Shown piece by piece: positions 19,306 through 30,300 of a stretch of DNA of 64,000 bases (position 1 is its first letter; each line of letters begins with the position of its first letter). A program made the position numbers and the translations under genes. Source of the DNA: an uncultured delta proteobacterium (GTDB lineage Bacteria; Desulfobacterota; Syntrophobacteria; Syntrophobacterales; Syntrophobacteraceae); NCBI GenBank assembly GCA_963802715.1, contig CAWDJT010000041.1, forward strand, positions 5,540 to 69,539, written 5' to 3'. The notes under the pieces were generated by a model, which saw only the letters and a program-made list of their open reading frames with translations, had not been told where the DNA came from and did no database searches.

Positions 19306-20159
19306 CTACTGCCCTTCACCGCGCACCCATTCACCTTCCTTCTTGTAATCTTGGGTGATGGCCTTAAGCTCTTTGCGGCGCGCCAGGAACATCTCCTTCA
19401 TGCCACGGAGCCACTCCAGATGGCGTTTGGCATCTTCATAACTTTTGAAGAAAGGGTGCTCTCCCGGCTCGATGGCAAACTCAATCTTCCCGATCATCTG
19501 CCAGATACCGCCCGGAACCACTGCACAGCATACAGCGCACACCGCCCTCGGGAAGGAAACGGAAGGTATCGCCCTCCACACTCTGGACAACTCGGGGAGG
19601 ACGATGCCCCCGAACCCTTTCCACGAGTGATCGCCTCTGCCAGTTGCCCGGCTACGTCCCGCGCGGGCGATTCCAGGAAGATCTCTCCAGGCAGGGCTCC
19701 ATAAATGACCGCCGATCCGCGATGGTCAGCCAGGGTCAGCTTGATGAAGCTGTCCACCGCCAGCTTGGTGTAGCCTTCCATCCCATGAATTCCTGCGATA
19801 GCAACTCCAACAGCCGGTTTGGCCCAGAGCTGATCCAGGTGGGCGTAGTAGCTGAGACCCCGATCCAAGAAACGCTTGAGGCTGGCATTGGCCCCCAGGA
19901 AATAAGTGGGGGCAGCCACCACGTAAGCGTCCGCTTGCACCAGGGCTTCCAGCGCCAGGTTGAAATCATCCTTTTGGGGGCACCGCATCTTGTCAAACAG
20001 ACATTGATAGCAAGCGCGACAGGGGAGCAGATTGAGCTCGGGCAGCCGCATCAGTCTCAGGCGCCACTCACCCTCAATCTGCCGGTGGACTTCCTTGATA
20101 AACAACTCCGAATTTCCGTACTTCCGAGGGGATCCCACAATCCCAAGCAAGGTTTTCAT
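19306..20159 (-). CDS. NAD(P)H-dependent FMN reductase / iron-sulfur flavoprotein-like protein with a C-terminal zinc ribbon; frame-disrupted as assembled
   Basis: ORF 19494-20159 (MKTLLGIVGSPRKYGNSE..., flavodoxin-like fold). A third frame reads CPECGGDTFRFLPEGGVRCMLCSGSG (a zinc ribbon), and ORF 19306-19590 continues IWQMIGKIEFAIEPGEHPFF.... Two 1-nt shifts near G runs join them. Confidence 0.65.
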
Positions 20160-20305
20160 ACAAAGCCTCCGTCTCTATCACCAGATTCAAAGGGAGGAAG
20201 CCAGTTGCCATTTGGGTAAAGCTGACCGTTTGCTCCGGCGGTGGGGACAGACTCAATAAGGTTCGAAACACGATACTTGTTCAGTTCAGGATCTTTTTTC
20301 TGGAC

Positions 20306-20378
20306 TCACCGCAGAGGCGCAGAGAGCGAGGAGGAAGCTTGCTGGCAGAATCTCTGCGCCTTTTGCGTCTTCACGGTG
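20306..20378 (+). repeat. Palindromic intergenic element, family E (TCACCGCAGAGGCGCAGAGA ... TCTCTGCGCC..CGGTGA)
   Basis: 10-bp stem GGCGCAGAGA/TCTCTGCGCC (20316-20325 and 20351-20360) followed by TTTTG, nested within TCACCG...CGGTGA. Lies in the divergent spacer between the flavoprotein and OST genes. Confidence 0.55.
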
Positions 20379-20751
20379 AAATAGAAAGACTTCAACCGTC
20401 ACCAGTATTCTTGCTGCTGCCTGGCAATCGGAGATTACCATCATAAAACGCAAAAAGCCAACCGGGGGGCCAGACCCGGTTAGCTTTTTTGAGGAGAAAA
20501 GAGTTTTGTTTTGACTAACCGTAGAGCAATCCCTATGCCATGGTCAGGCATACATGTAACATAGCAACATTACATCAACTTTGTTGATTGACCTGATTGC
20601 ATCCCGGTTCGATCTCGCCAAATCACGCCAACAACACGCCAAAATCCGCCACACCAGAGGTTGTCAGGGAACCAGGTTTGATCTATTGTCGGTCGTCCAC
20701 ATGAGATTGTCCCGAATAGCGGTCCCAACGGTCTTTCGCGAGTGCCAGCCA

Positions 20752-22926
20752 ATGAACAAGTCCATGAAGAATGTCGAAGATTCCAAGAAAGGGAACAAGC
20801 GACCTCTTGTCAGGCTGGGCCTGTGCTGCGCCATCGGTTTGGCACTGGCCCTGGGGGTCTTTTTGCGCATCGAGGACCTGATCGCCTGGCGCGAAAAACC
20901 GCAGATGGCATTCTACAAGGGTACCCCACTGCTCACGACGTTTGACGGCTTACTTACTATGCACGTTTTGCTCGTGACCTGGTCGAAGGCAACTACAAGC
21001 CCCTGGATGAACTTCGCTACGTGCCGCAGAATCCGGCCAGACCGCTACCACCGCCGCTGCTTTCCCTGTTTGCTCGCGGGTATTGCCAAATTGACGGGAG
21101 CCTCGGTGGATTGGGTCAGCACCCTTTTCCCGCCAGTCTTTGGCGTTCTCCTCTTCTTTCCGGTGTTTCTGCTCGGCCGCCTCTGGGGAAACACCTTTAC
21201 CGGCATCGCTGCTGGGCTCCTGAGTCTCTGTTCACCCTACTATGTGAACCGTAGTCGGCTAGGCTGGCTGGACACCGACTGCGGCAACGTCACCTTCACC
21301 ATGCTGGCGGTATATCTGGCGATACGCAGTGTCACCACCGAAGGACGCCGGCAGCAATAGTACATCGCCGGAGTCCTGGTGAACTTCATCTTGTACCTCT
21401 TCTGGTGGGATTCCACTCCCTATGTGGTGGTGGCCACTTGCCTGGGTACCTTAGTTGCTCTCCTGGATGTGCGAAACCAAGTCGCTGCGGCGCAACCTTC
21501 TCCCCGTTGTCGTAGCGACATTGTTCGTGGTCGTGGTCATGATCTTCGTGCATGGGGCCGGCTTCTGGCTCGATCTCGTTCCCCACCTGCTGGGACATCT
21601 CAAATACATCTCCAAGGCCACACCGGGCGATTTTCCCAACATCGGTGTGAGCATCTCGGAGCAAGCGAAGATTACTTTCGAGGGCGTGGTCCAGATTTCA
21701 GCGGGCAATTGGTTCCTATTCATTGCCGCGGCTCTGGGGATGGCGCGCTTTTCGTTCGTTCAATCCCCGCTGCGGGGGCTGCAGCTGCTCGTTCCCATGG
21801 GACTGGGAGGACTGACCTTCCTGTACGCGAAACGCTTCGGCATTTTCCTGGCCCCTTTCCTGGGCCTGGGCATCGGCCATCTGCTCTATTGGCTCAAGGA
21901 ACAAATAACAGTACGCACTCCGCGCCTCTTGTGGAAATCGTTCTTATATTGCTGCCTGTTTCGCCCTTCCCATTGGCATCGGCCACCTTGTCGTCATCAA
22001 CATGGCCACGACCTTCTGGCCCGTTGAGCCGCCACCTCTGATCCAGGGTATGGACGTGGCCCGCGAGAAGACTCCTCCAGGCAGTGTCATCTGGGCCTGG
22101 TGGGACCACGGTTATCCCATGCACTACTTTAGCCGCCGCGGAACCATCAGCGACGGCACCTACCACGACGGTGAACTGGCCATGATCAACGCTTTCCCAA
22201 TGGCAACCTCCAGACTATCGACAATCCGCCAACTGGATGCAATTCTATGTTGCACGAGGCATTGAAGGATTCCATCTGATCTATAAGAAACTGGGGGGGG
22301 TCGCTCAGGGTCTGGATTTTATCCGCGGAGTGCTTGGCTGCCGGTCCAGAGAAAGCTGCCTCACTGCTGGAGGGAAACGGACTGAAGCCCAAGGAACAGT
22401 GGCTGGCCTTTTTCTTCCCTCCGACTCAAGAACGGCGCCCGTCTGTATCTGTTCCTGGATGAGCGACTGGTTGGCACCAGCTACTGGTGGTTCTGGCTGG
22501 GCAGTTGGGATGTAGTCGAACGTGACGGGCGAGCATCCCCAGTTCACGCCCTTTTTCCAGGTGAGACGAAATGACAAAGTCCTCACGGGCAATCCTCCCT
22601 TCACGGTGCAATCTGGAACAGGGTGTTTTCTATGCACAGAAAATGACTAGTTCCCTTGGCAGCCATCGTCTTTCGTGAAGGAGACAACTGGCAGGTGGCC
22701 AACTACCGCGATGTCGGCATGGTTTTCCAATATGATCCAGTCGCTGGGCTGGGGTGGGTTGTGCTCTCCCGAACTTCAGGATTCCGTCTTCAATAAATTG
22801 TTTTTCATGCAAATGGCGGACATTCGGTATTTCAAACCCGTCCATCTGGTACCCGGGATTTTTCAAATCTGGGAAGTGCTCGGCGAGTCCTCGGCGAAAA
22901 CCAACGATACTTCTTCGCCGCCATAA
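20752..22926 (+). pseudogene. STT3/PglB/AglB-family oligosaccharyltransferase, multiply frame-disrupted as assembled
   Basis: Pieces in several frames: 20752-21360, an alternate frame at ~20950-21065 (YYARFARDLVEGNYKPLDELRYVPQNP after TTFDG), 21379-, 21455-22027 (GVSISEQ, a TIXE/SVSE-type loop motif), 22002-22265 (WAWWDHGYPMHYFSRRGTISDG, the WWDYG catalytic motif), 22237-22515 and 22675-22926. At least 8 frame changes. Confidence 0.75.
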
Positions 22927-22994
22927 GGAAAAACTGCCCTTCATGGGGGCCGTTTGAGCCACGAGGTAACCCCCGTTATGCTGAGGACAAGCCC

Positions 22995-23753
22995 ATGGCT
23001 GAGATCATCCAGAGCCTCTGGATCGGAGAATCTCTAGCGCCGCCCCAAGAACTCTCGATTGCTTCCTTCCTGCACTTCGGGCATGAGTATCATTTGCACT
23101 GTTATCAGAAAGTCGGCAACGTCCCTTCCGGGGTCGTCATCAAGGATGCAAATGATACTCTGCCCGCATCCGCCATCTTCCATTATCAGCAGGGCCCAGA
23201 ACGTGGAAGCGTAGCAGCGTTCGCTAACCTATTCCGTTATAAACTACTGATCGAGAGCGGGGGCTGGTGGGTTGACACCGATGTCGTCTGCCTGAGGCCG
23301 TTCGATTTTCCCGATCCAGTCGTTCTTGCAAGTGAGGCAACCCAGGATTCGATCAAGGTCACCAACGCCCTCATGAAACTCCCGGCTGGGCACCCCATCG
23401 CGCGTCTTTGCTATGAACTGGCGGATCAGGAGGACCGACAAACGCTGAGGTGGGGCATGACCGGCCCCGATTTGATTACGCGCGTGGTGCGGCAAACTCA
23501 AGGGGACGGCGCTGTCAAGCCACCCGTAGTCTTCTGTCCGATCCCATGGTGGCAATGGGTTTGCCTATTGACCCCGGAATCCGGCACGTGTTCATCCCTC
23601 ATCACGAGTGAAACCTATGCGGTCCATTTGTGGCACGAGATGTGGCGCAGAGCCGGCATAGATCGACAAGCCACTGTCCCTTCTACGTCTTACTTCGCCC
23701 AGCTGTTGCTGACGTACCAAGAAGGGGGACAAGAACCTCCAAGGACTAGCTGA
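22995..23753 (+). CDS. GT32-like glycosyltransferase (DXD sugar-binding motif)
   Basis: Intact 252-aa ORF. IIQSLWIGESL...SIASFL...FANLFRYKLLIESGGWWVDTDVVCL matches the Gly_transf_sug / Gb3-synthase-like pattern, including the DTD (DXD) motif. Confidence 0.65.
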   Translation: MAEIIQSLWIGESLAPPQELSIASFLHFGHEYHLHCYQKVGNVPSGVVIKDANDTLPASAIFHYQQGPERGSVAAFANLFRYKLLIESGGWWVDTDVVCLRPFDFPDPVVLASEATQDSIKVTNALMKLPAGHPIARLCYELADQEDRQTLRWGMTGPDLITRVVRQTQGDGAVKPPVVFCPIPWWQWVCLLTPESGTCSSLITSETYAVHLWHEMWRRAGIDRQATVPSTSYFAQLLLTYQEGGQEPPRTS

Positions 23754-23960
23754 AGGATCGGTTTAACTGCGAACGGTTTTTTTCTGCGTCGCTACCCTAT
23801 ACAGGCGCACGCCCAAGACGGCACGCGAAGAATTGTCGAAAACCTTCAGCCAGATCGGCGGAATGTCTGCAATAGAACCAACCGCGTAGGACAAAACAGG
23901 CCTCTCTTCCGGCATTGTGCCGGAAGGGAGGCCTTCGTTTGGTGTCAAAGAAGGGTGTCT

Positions 23961-24122
23961 AGTGCTCTGTCCAGTTTATTCTTCTGGGTTGACGATTTGG
24001 CCGTAGGGTGGGTGAAGCGTAGCGCAACCCACCGCCGTGGAATGGTGGGTTGCGTCCCATAATACGGGACTCCACCCACCCTACAATTCCAACCCGGAGA
24101 GACAAAACTGACGAACTACTAG
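23961..24122 (+). repeat. ~160-bp structured intergenic repeat, family A (copy 1)
   Basis: Near-identical to 46468-46626 in the same orientation. Nested inverted repeats GTAGGGTGGGTG...CCACCCACCCTAC and GCGCAACCCACC...GGTGGGTTGCG, plus GTCCC-ataatac-GGGAC. The spurious ORFs 23959-24198 and 46376-46681 translate it (VGWVESRIMGRNPPFH). Confidence 0.85.
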
Positions 24123-27100
24123 TCCTCTCGTGTCCATCCGTGAACCTTGGACTTGAGACCTTCGCCCAGATCGACCCCGATTCTGATAAGCCGGGCATCG
24201 CTGGTTTGGATGAAAACGCTGGTTCCGCTCGAGTCCAGCACAGGGCGGCTGGGCATGCCCTGGCCCAACGCTACTTGGACAGCTCCGACCAACGATGGGG
24301 CGCCCGATGTCCAAGATTTCGATTTCGGATCATAGAAATTGATCGAGGTCGAACCCTGAAGAATGATCCCAGAAGCATTGGTCAACGGTCTGCACATGTA
24401 GTCGAGCACGTACAAGTAGGCATCACCGCCTGCGTCGCACGGGCCCGTCTTGGGAACGAACGTCGTGAAGAACACATACCCGCCGGCCACCAAAGCCGAA
24501 TCAATGACCCGCTCTCCGGGGTTGACCAGATCGAAAATACACTGGAAGCAACTTCCGCCATCGGGGATCGTTGAGTTGTCAGTAGGAGGGTTGACGGCCC
24601 TGACCCAACGGAATACCTTTGTTCCGTTGTCCTCCGCGCATTTGTAGGCGAAGTTCAACGGACTGGTGGTAATGGGGGTCACATTTCCGGCACAGCGGCT
24701 ACTGGTGGAATTACCCAGTTTCTGCGCCAGATTTTCCACCATACAGTAGAACGACATGGTGGCGTTGTCGATCTTATCGTTATTGGTGCCCCCTTCGGCA
24801 CGTCGTCGAACTTGCCGGTACCGAAATAGACGCGCATGTTACCATCCTTGTCGAGGGCCCCGACCGGCGTCACCGTGATGGGCTGGCGTAGCCCTCGATA
24901 GGGATTGCTGTTGGCGTTCACCACCGGTTGAACCTTACGCCCAACCATACAGGTCGGCACGGGTGAGCTGCTGGTCGTTGCGGAATTCATCACGACCGTG
25001 TAGAAGGTGCCGTTGAGGTCACCGGCATAGAGCAGGTCGGTGTAGCCGTCTTGGGCACCACCAGCGGTTACGGCTCTGCCATTGCCATCAAAAAGATCGT
25101 AGGCGGCCACATTACCGACGGCATAGGGCAGAACCGGATTGGTGCCGGCTACGGTATTCACCGGGAAAGCACTCTGGTAGCCGCTGTCAGCCAATAATCC
25201 TGTCCAGGGGTGCTTCGCCACACATCGGTGCCGTTGCCCACGGCCAGCTTCACGGCGTGGAAGGAGGGATAGTAGAGATATCTCCAGAGGGTCCCACCCA
25301 ACGTATTTAACTTAGTGCCATTGTCGCTGACCCAGATCTGATCGGGCTGGAATTCTTGGACCCCACCCCCGAAGAAGGCTACCGGTGTACCGTTGCCGCC
25401 GTCACGAAGTCGCCCCATGTAAGGAACCGACCAGGAAATGGGAAGCGTCTTCAGGAAATTGTACTTGGATTATACAAAGTCGTGACGGTGGCGCTGGCGG
25501 GTAGTTCTTGATCACCGAATATTCCCACAAGGCGGTAACATTGCTCTCGGCGGGTTGGTAACATCGAGGGCAAAATAGGTGTCTCCGCCGCCCCGTTCGC
25601 CGCCCACAAGGACCGTCTTCCAAGTGCTGCCGCCAAATCTTCACGTCCCATGCCAACGGCGACAAGTCGACCATGAAACGATGGCTACATGATGTTGACC
25701 CGGAAGTCGTCGCGTAGTTGGAACTGGCCAGACATTGCATCTCCGACAGGAGGTTGCTTGGAACGTACGCCCAGCGCTCCTTCCCACGTTGGTGGCATTG
25801 GCGTAGTTGTATTCTTTGGTGCTGTTATCCCAGATTCCGAGATAAAAGGCATGGAGCATCCCGTCGTTGGCGCCCACATAGGCCATCTGGTCCCGGTACT
25901 GGTGCAGCGGATTCGACAGATAAGTCCTGAAATTGGCGTCCGCCAATGGTCGCGGCACCGCGGATATCGAGGGAGGGCCCAATGCCACCGGGGTCGAATA
26001 GACGATGTCACCCAATCGCCAGCCATGCCGGTTTCTCAAATTCGAGTAGGTGGCATTGTCTCCCTGGATCCAATTCTTGAGAACCGCCCAATCAGAAGCT
26101 CCCACACCTCCTCCGTCAAGGTCAGTGTGAACTTTGAGGGTCGAATTGTCGAGAGCAGAGATGTAGGTCTTGGTGGTAGTACCCGTGGTCGTGAAGATCT
26201 TTCTGTCGCTGGCGATCTGACTGTTCAACACCACACCACCATCAAGGCAATTGGCCGTGGCGGATGGCATTTCAACACAGAATTTGCCTGGGTTGAGCTG
26301 GAAGCCATAGAGCGTGCCGTTGCAAGCACCCCCCGACCAGTTGCACCCGGAAGTCGAATTGCACGAAGCTTGCGACGTGAACGAGCTGCAACCGGCGAAG
26401 GGCCGAAAGCTCTCCAAATGTCCATACCAGGTGTAGTAGGAAGGATTGGCGGGATCATAGCTCTCGAAGGCGGCTCGAACCACGATGTCACCCTGGTGCA
26501 CCTCCTGGGTGACCGTGGCCACGGCACCGGCGGCACCTTCACGCAAAAGCACTTGGCTAAAAGCTTTATCCAGAGAAGAGAAAAGCTCGTTAGGGTTGGC
26601 GACAAAGAAGTAATTGTCGGGAACTCCGTCGCCAGTCTTGTCCCATTCAGTTTGACTATTGGGGATGTTGTAGCCGGGAGTGCTAGGTATGTCCGCATCG
26701 CTAAATCCCCCCCACTTGGCGGCATAATAGAGGGGCGATTTCAGATACATCGATTTTGCGGTGGCGGTGGATTTGGTGGTAAACGTGCGTCTCGAGAAAG
26801 TGCAATAATGATGGGGGATGGCGGCATCTGGGCATTGCACGCAATCGGTGCCGGGAACGGGACAGGTCCAATCAGTTGGCGAATTAGTAAAACCGTTACA
26901 GGGGGTTACATATGTCTTGGCGATGTCTGGATAAAGGTACCAGCAGTTGTAGTCCGCAAACAGATCCATGTACGTTCTATCCATGGTCGTTGAACCGCTC
27001 GCCGAGTACCCCGCTTTCATTTGCGCGCCGGCTCCCTTACTCCACAATGCATTTTCAACGATCACGTTATCGGTACCCGTTACTACTTTCCACCGGATTC

Positions 27101-29137
27101 GGTGTGTCAGGTCCAGATCATAGTCGGAAGCCTGATAGGTATTCTCCCAGGTAATCTCGATTTCACCGTCGTAACCTGCTGGCAGGGGTCTTGTACTTGG
27201 CCTTCAGGTAGCTACCCATGCTCACGTAAGAGGGATTACCTGACCACCTGGACTCGATAATGGGCGAAATACTTAGCTTGCCGTTGCCGGTCTTGATTTC
27301 AATGACCGGCAAGGGATCTGCCAGGGCCACCGCCATGGTGGTGGGACTGATCTTGAAAGTGGTGGGTTTTCCAGCGAGTGCCGGCCGAAGATCATTAACT
27401 CTCCCATAGTAAGCCGCTGATGCCGAGTAAAAAGTCCCGTTGATACCTGCATATCCAGGACAAAACCCCTTAGCTGTGCCGAGATGACCGCACGTTCTTA
27501 TCAGAACAGGTGTTCGAATTGGTCGCGTTACCAACGACATTCCCGATGAAGTAATTGCCTGGAACCGCCGGATTGGTCGCATTGGGTTCATTCTGTGTGA
27601 TCGTTCTTGCCAAACTCGTTACATTCATCCCTGGAAGATAAGTGGGGTCACCCGCAAACGATTTGAAAGCAGAGCCTGGCAGTTGATCGTCATCGTACGA
27701 TGGATAAATATCGGAAACCACAAGAATATATGGCTTGCTGCAATAGGCATGATTGTAGGTCGCACAACCATCTTGAGCATAAGGATCATTCCAACTATCC
27801 TTGGAGATACTAAGCGTCCCGCCCGTCCAGGCCAGAGCTGAATCATCCGTATTGAAGGCACTCGTTGCGCTGTTTGCTCCAGCATAATAGCGTAACGCCT
27901 CATAGAGCATTTCTCCGACGGGATTGCCCCAATTTCTACAACCCTGACTTCCTTCCGTCATGGGGACACCATATCTACAGCCGAAATAATAACCACTTGA
28001 ACCTTGTGGATAGTCAATGAGGCGTAGTTTGGATAACGTATTCACTATGCCTTGGGTACTTGTAAAGACACCGGTTGTGGCGTTGACTTCGTTGGCGAAA
28101 CTCCGTATGCGCTTACGAAGCAAACCGCCCGAAGTATTTTTAACATAGCTTCCAGTAATGAGTCCGAAATGCATGGCGCCGTTATCGCCATATTTTTGCA
28201 ACAGTCCAATCGGCTTGAACCTTCCACTCCCAACGCTGTATTCTTTGCACATTTCATTGCCGATTTGGCCTGGTACACAAGCCTTTACTCGTACTGCCAA
28301 ATCGGCCAGCCTTTTGGTTTGAAGAGGGTTTCTCCTGGCGATCATTGTTGATCGGCTACCTCCACAAGCACCCGTTTCACCTCGGAAGTAGCCTACACAG
28401 GTTTCAGCGATATCCCAATCATAAAAGTTGCCATTAGCCACACGAATAATAGGCATACCTGTTAGACCACCGGCTACACACGTGTTCATATAGGAACTGC
28501 AGGTAACATTCATCAAGGTAAGATTGCCGTCAGTTGGAGTATATGGAGTCAAGCTTGAGATTGCCGGGCGGCCATCGTTTCCGTTATACACCTTGGCCCA
28601 GGCATGTCCCTCAGACGGGACATAGGCCCTTTGAAGGATAGTACTAGTCGCAGTATCACCTGATCCACTTTCCCGATAACCACCATAAAGGACCTTACGC
28701 AAGGCATCCATACGAGACATCGAAACCCAGTTCAGGAAATTACCGCTCCATGCGCTTGAGCAGAGGTGGCTCGTGGCACTACCGCTGGGGACAAAATAGT
28801 TAGCAGGGTCGTATGTGTAGCATTTCGATGAGTCGAAGTATCCATAATAGTCGATACTGTTGTCATAAGTTTTTTGAATGGTGTCGTTTCCAGATTTTAG
28901 CTTTTGATTATCGCTATAAGCTGGAGTATAGTTTGTATGGTCCTTGCTGACCACCAGCATGACCATGGGCGCCACGGCAGCGCTCAAGAAGGGGGGATCC
29001 TTGCAGGGAGTCGCATCGCTGGCAAACAGATTGTTCACGTGGTGCAGCCCTGTAGCACCGAGAACCGAAACTAACACCACGCACACGGCGATGAGCAACA
29101 ACCGATTCTTGGCTATGGTCTTCCACGAAGCATACAT
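24119..29137 (-). pseudogene. pilY1: Giant PilY1-like type IV pilus tip adhesin, multiply frame-disrupted as assembled
   Basis: Collinear fragments 27470-29137 (signal/TM MYASWKTIAKNRLLLIAVCVVLV), 27163-27591, 25641-27065 (MAYVGANDGMLHAFYLG), 25402-25740, 25158-25418, 24679-25221 (QDGYTDLLYAGDLNGTFY, the Ca-site/propeller motif of PilY1 C-terminal domains) and 24119-24757. About 1670 codons in total. Confidence 0.8.
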
Positions 29138-29334
29138 AAGTCTCCTCCGAACCAGGGTAGGCTGGTATCAGGCACCATATGAACCTTAGTGAATGAGTAT
29201 TGCCGCAGTAGGGCTCCAAGTGGTACATGGCTACAAACTCCCAGCCGCAGCATCTGACATGCTGTCGGCAGCGATGTCGGTCGGCTGAGGAGTCAACGCC
29301 AGTTTTGGCCGTGTGGCGATGAGCTTCATTTCTT

Positions 29335-29834
29335 CTACCGTGCAACCTTTTCCACAAAATTGACCATCTTGGAACGAGCGCTCCCTCGGGTACCGGAAAT
29401 TTCTATTCTCCCCGTCCCATGCCCGAGGTAGTACCTCGTGTAGTAACGGCAGGCTCGTTCAGCATCCATCCCTCGGGAGGCAAGGTGTTGTAGAAGTCGT
29501 TCGCCGATTTGATTCTCGCGGGTAAAGCTTCTGCCCGAGCCCAAGTTGACGGTTGTAGGAGGGGCTGAGGCGCTTTCGGTCACAGGTGCGATGGACACTG
29601 GAGGGAAGCGACGGAGTCTCTGGTATCCAACGTTCGCACGTCGAACCAGCAGGCACTCTGAGCGAGGTGGCTGGTGGCTTCCGTTCGCTCATACGCCTTG
29701 GTGGTTTGCAGGTTGCTCCTGCTCTCCAGGATCATCCAGACCGCTATAGTAGAAAGCAGCGCAATCATGGAAACGGCGAGAACCATTGCCAAGCCATGCT
29801 GATTACCCAATGGAGATCCTGATTGATTCTGCAT
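29335..29834 (-). CDS. pilX: PilX-like minor pilin / pilus assembly protein; frame-disrupted as assembled
   Basis: N-terminus MQNQSGSPLGNQHGLAMVLAVSMIALLSTIAVWMILESRSNLQTTKAYE is the PilX_N pattern. ORFs 29580-29834 and 29335-29598 join by a frame change near 29590. Lies between pilW and pilY1. Confidence 0.65.
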
Positions 29835-30141
29835 TTGACCTTTCCTTGTTCCCTAGCAACCTTGGTACAGGTCCACACAAATAAGAGTCTATCTCACAAC
29901 TCCCCTCCTCCTGCCTACGGCCGGAGAAGAGCTGGGGAGGGGTCTAGATGCATCGGTTTATGTCAGGACTGCGAAGGCAGGACTATCACCCCCGCCCGGA
30001 CTCCGCCCATTCGAGGGAGGACGGACACCTCAAGGGTCTTCCGTGGCACATTGGCGTAAACTCAGGGGTTCAATTTCTTTTACCACGAAGAGACGAAGGT
30101 CACGACACAAAGGAAGTATTCAGACTCGGGTGCCGTTTCAT

Positions 30142-30217
30142 GTCGCCCCCGCGAAGGCGGGGGTCCAGATTCGGCTTCTCGACCACGCTCTGGCTTCGCG
30201 CCTTCGCGGGCATGACG
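30142..30217 (+). repeat. Palindromic intergenic repeat, family B
   Basis: GTCGCCCCCGCGAAGGCGGGGGTCCAGA...CTGGCTTCGCGCCTTCGCGGGCATGACG in the pilW-pilX spacer. It translates to the PAKAGVQ / RLRGHDE pseudo-peptides typical of this widespread repeat. Confidence 0.7.
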
Positions 30218-30300
30218 AGCAGTTAATGGGCAGTATTTGCCCGGCACGTACCCTACTCTGTGTCGTTATACTCGACGCCAGTGCCGTCACCCCGGGCGAA

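Noticed and set aside
23959-24198. ORFs 23959-24198(-) and 46376-46681(-), which share the peptide VGWVESRIMGRNPPFH, as a duplicated small-protein gene.
   Set aside because: The shared peptide is simply the translation of repeat family A. The similarity stops at the repeat edges and the reading frames are not preserved outside it.
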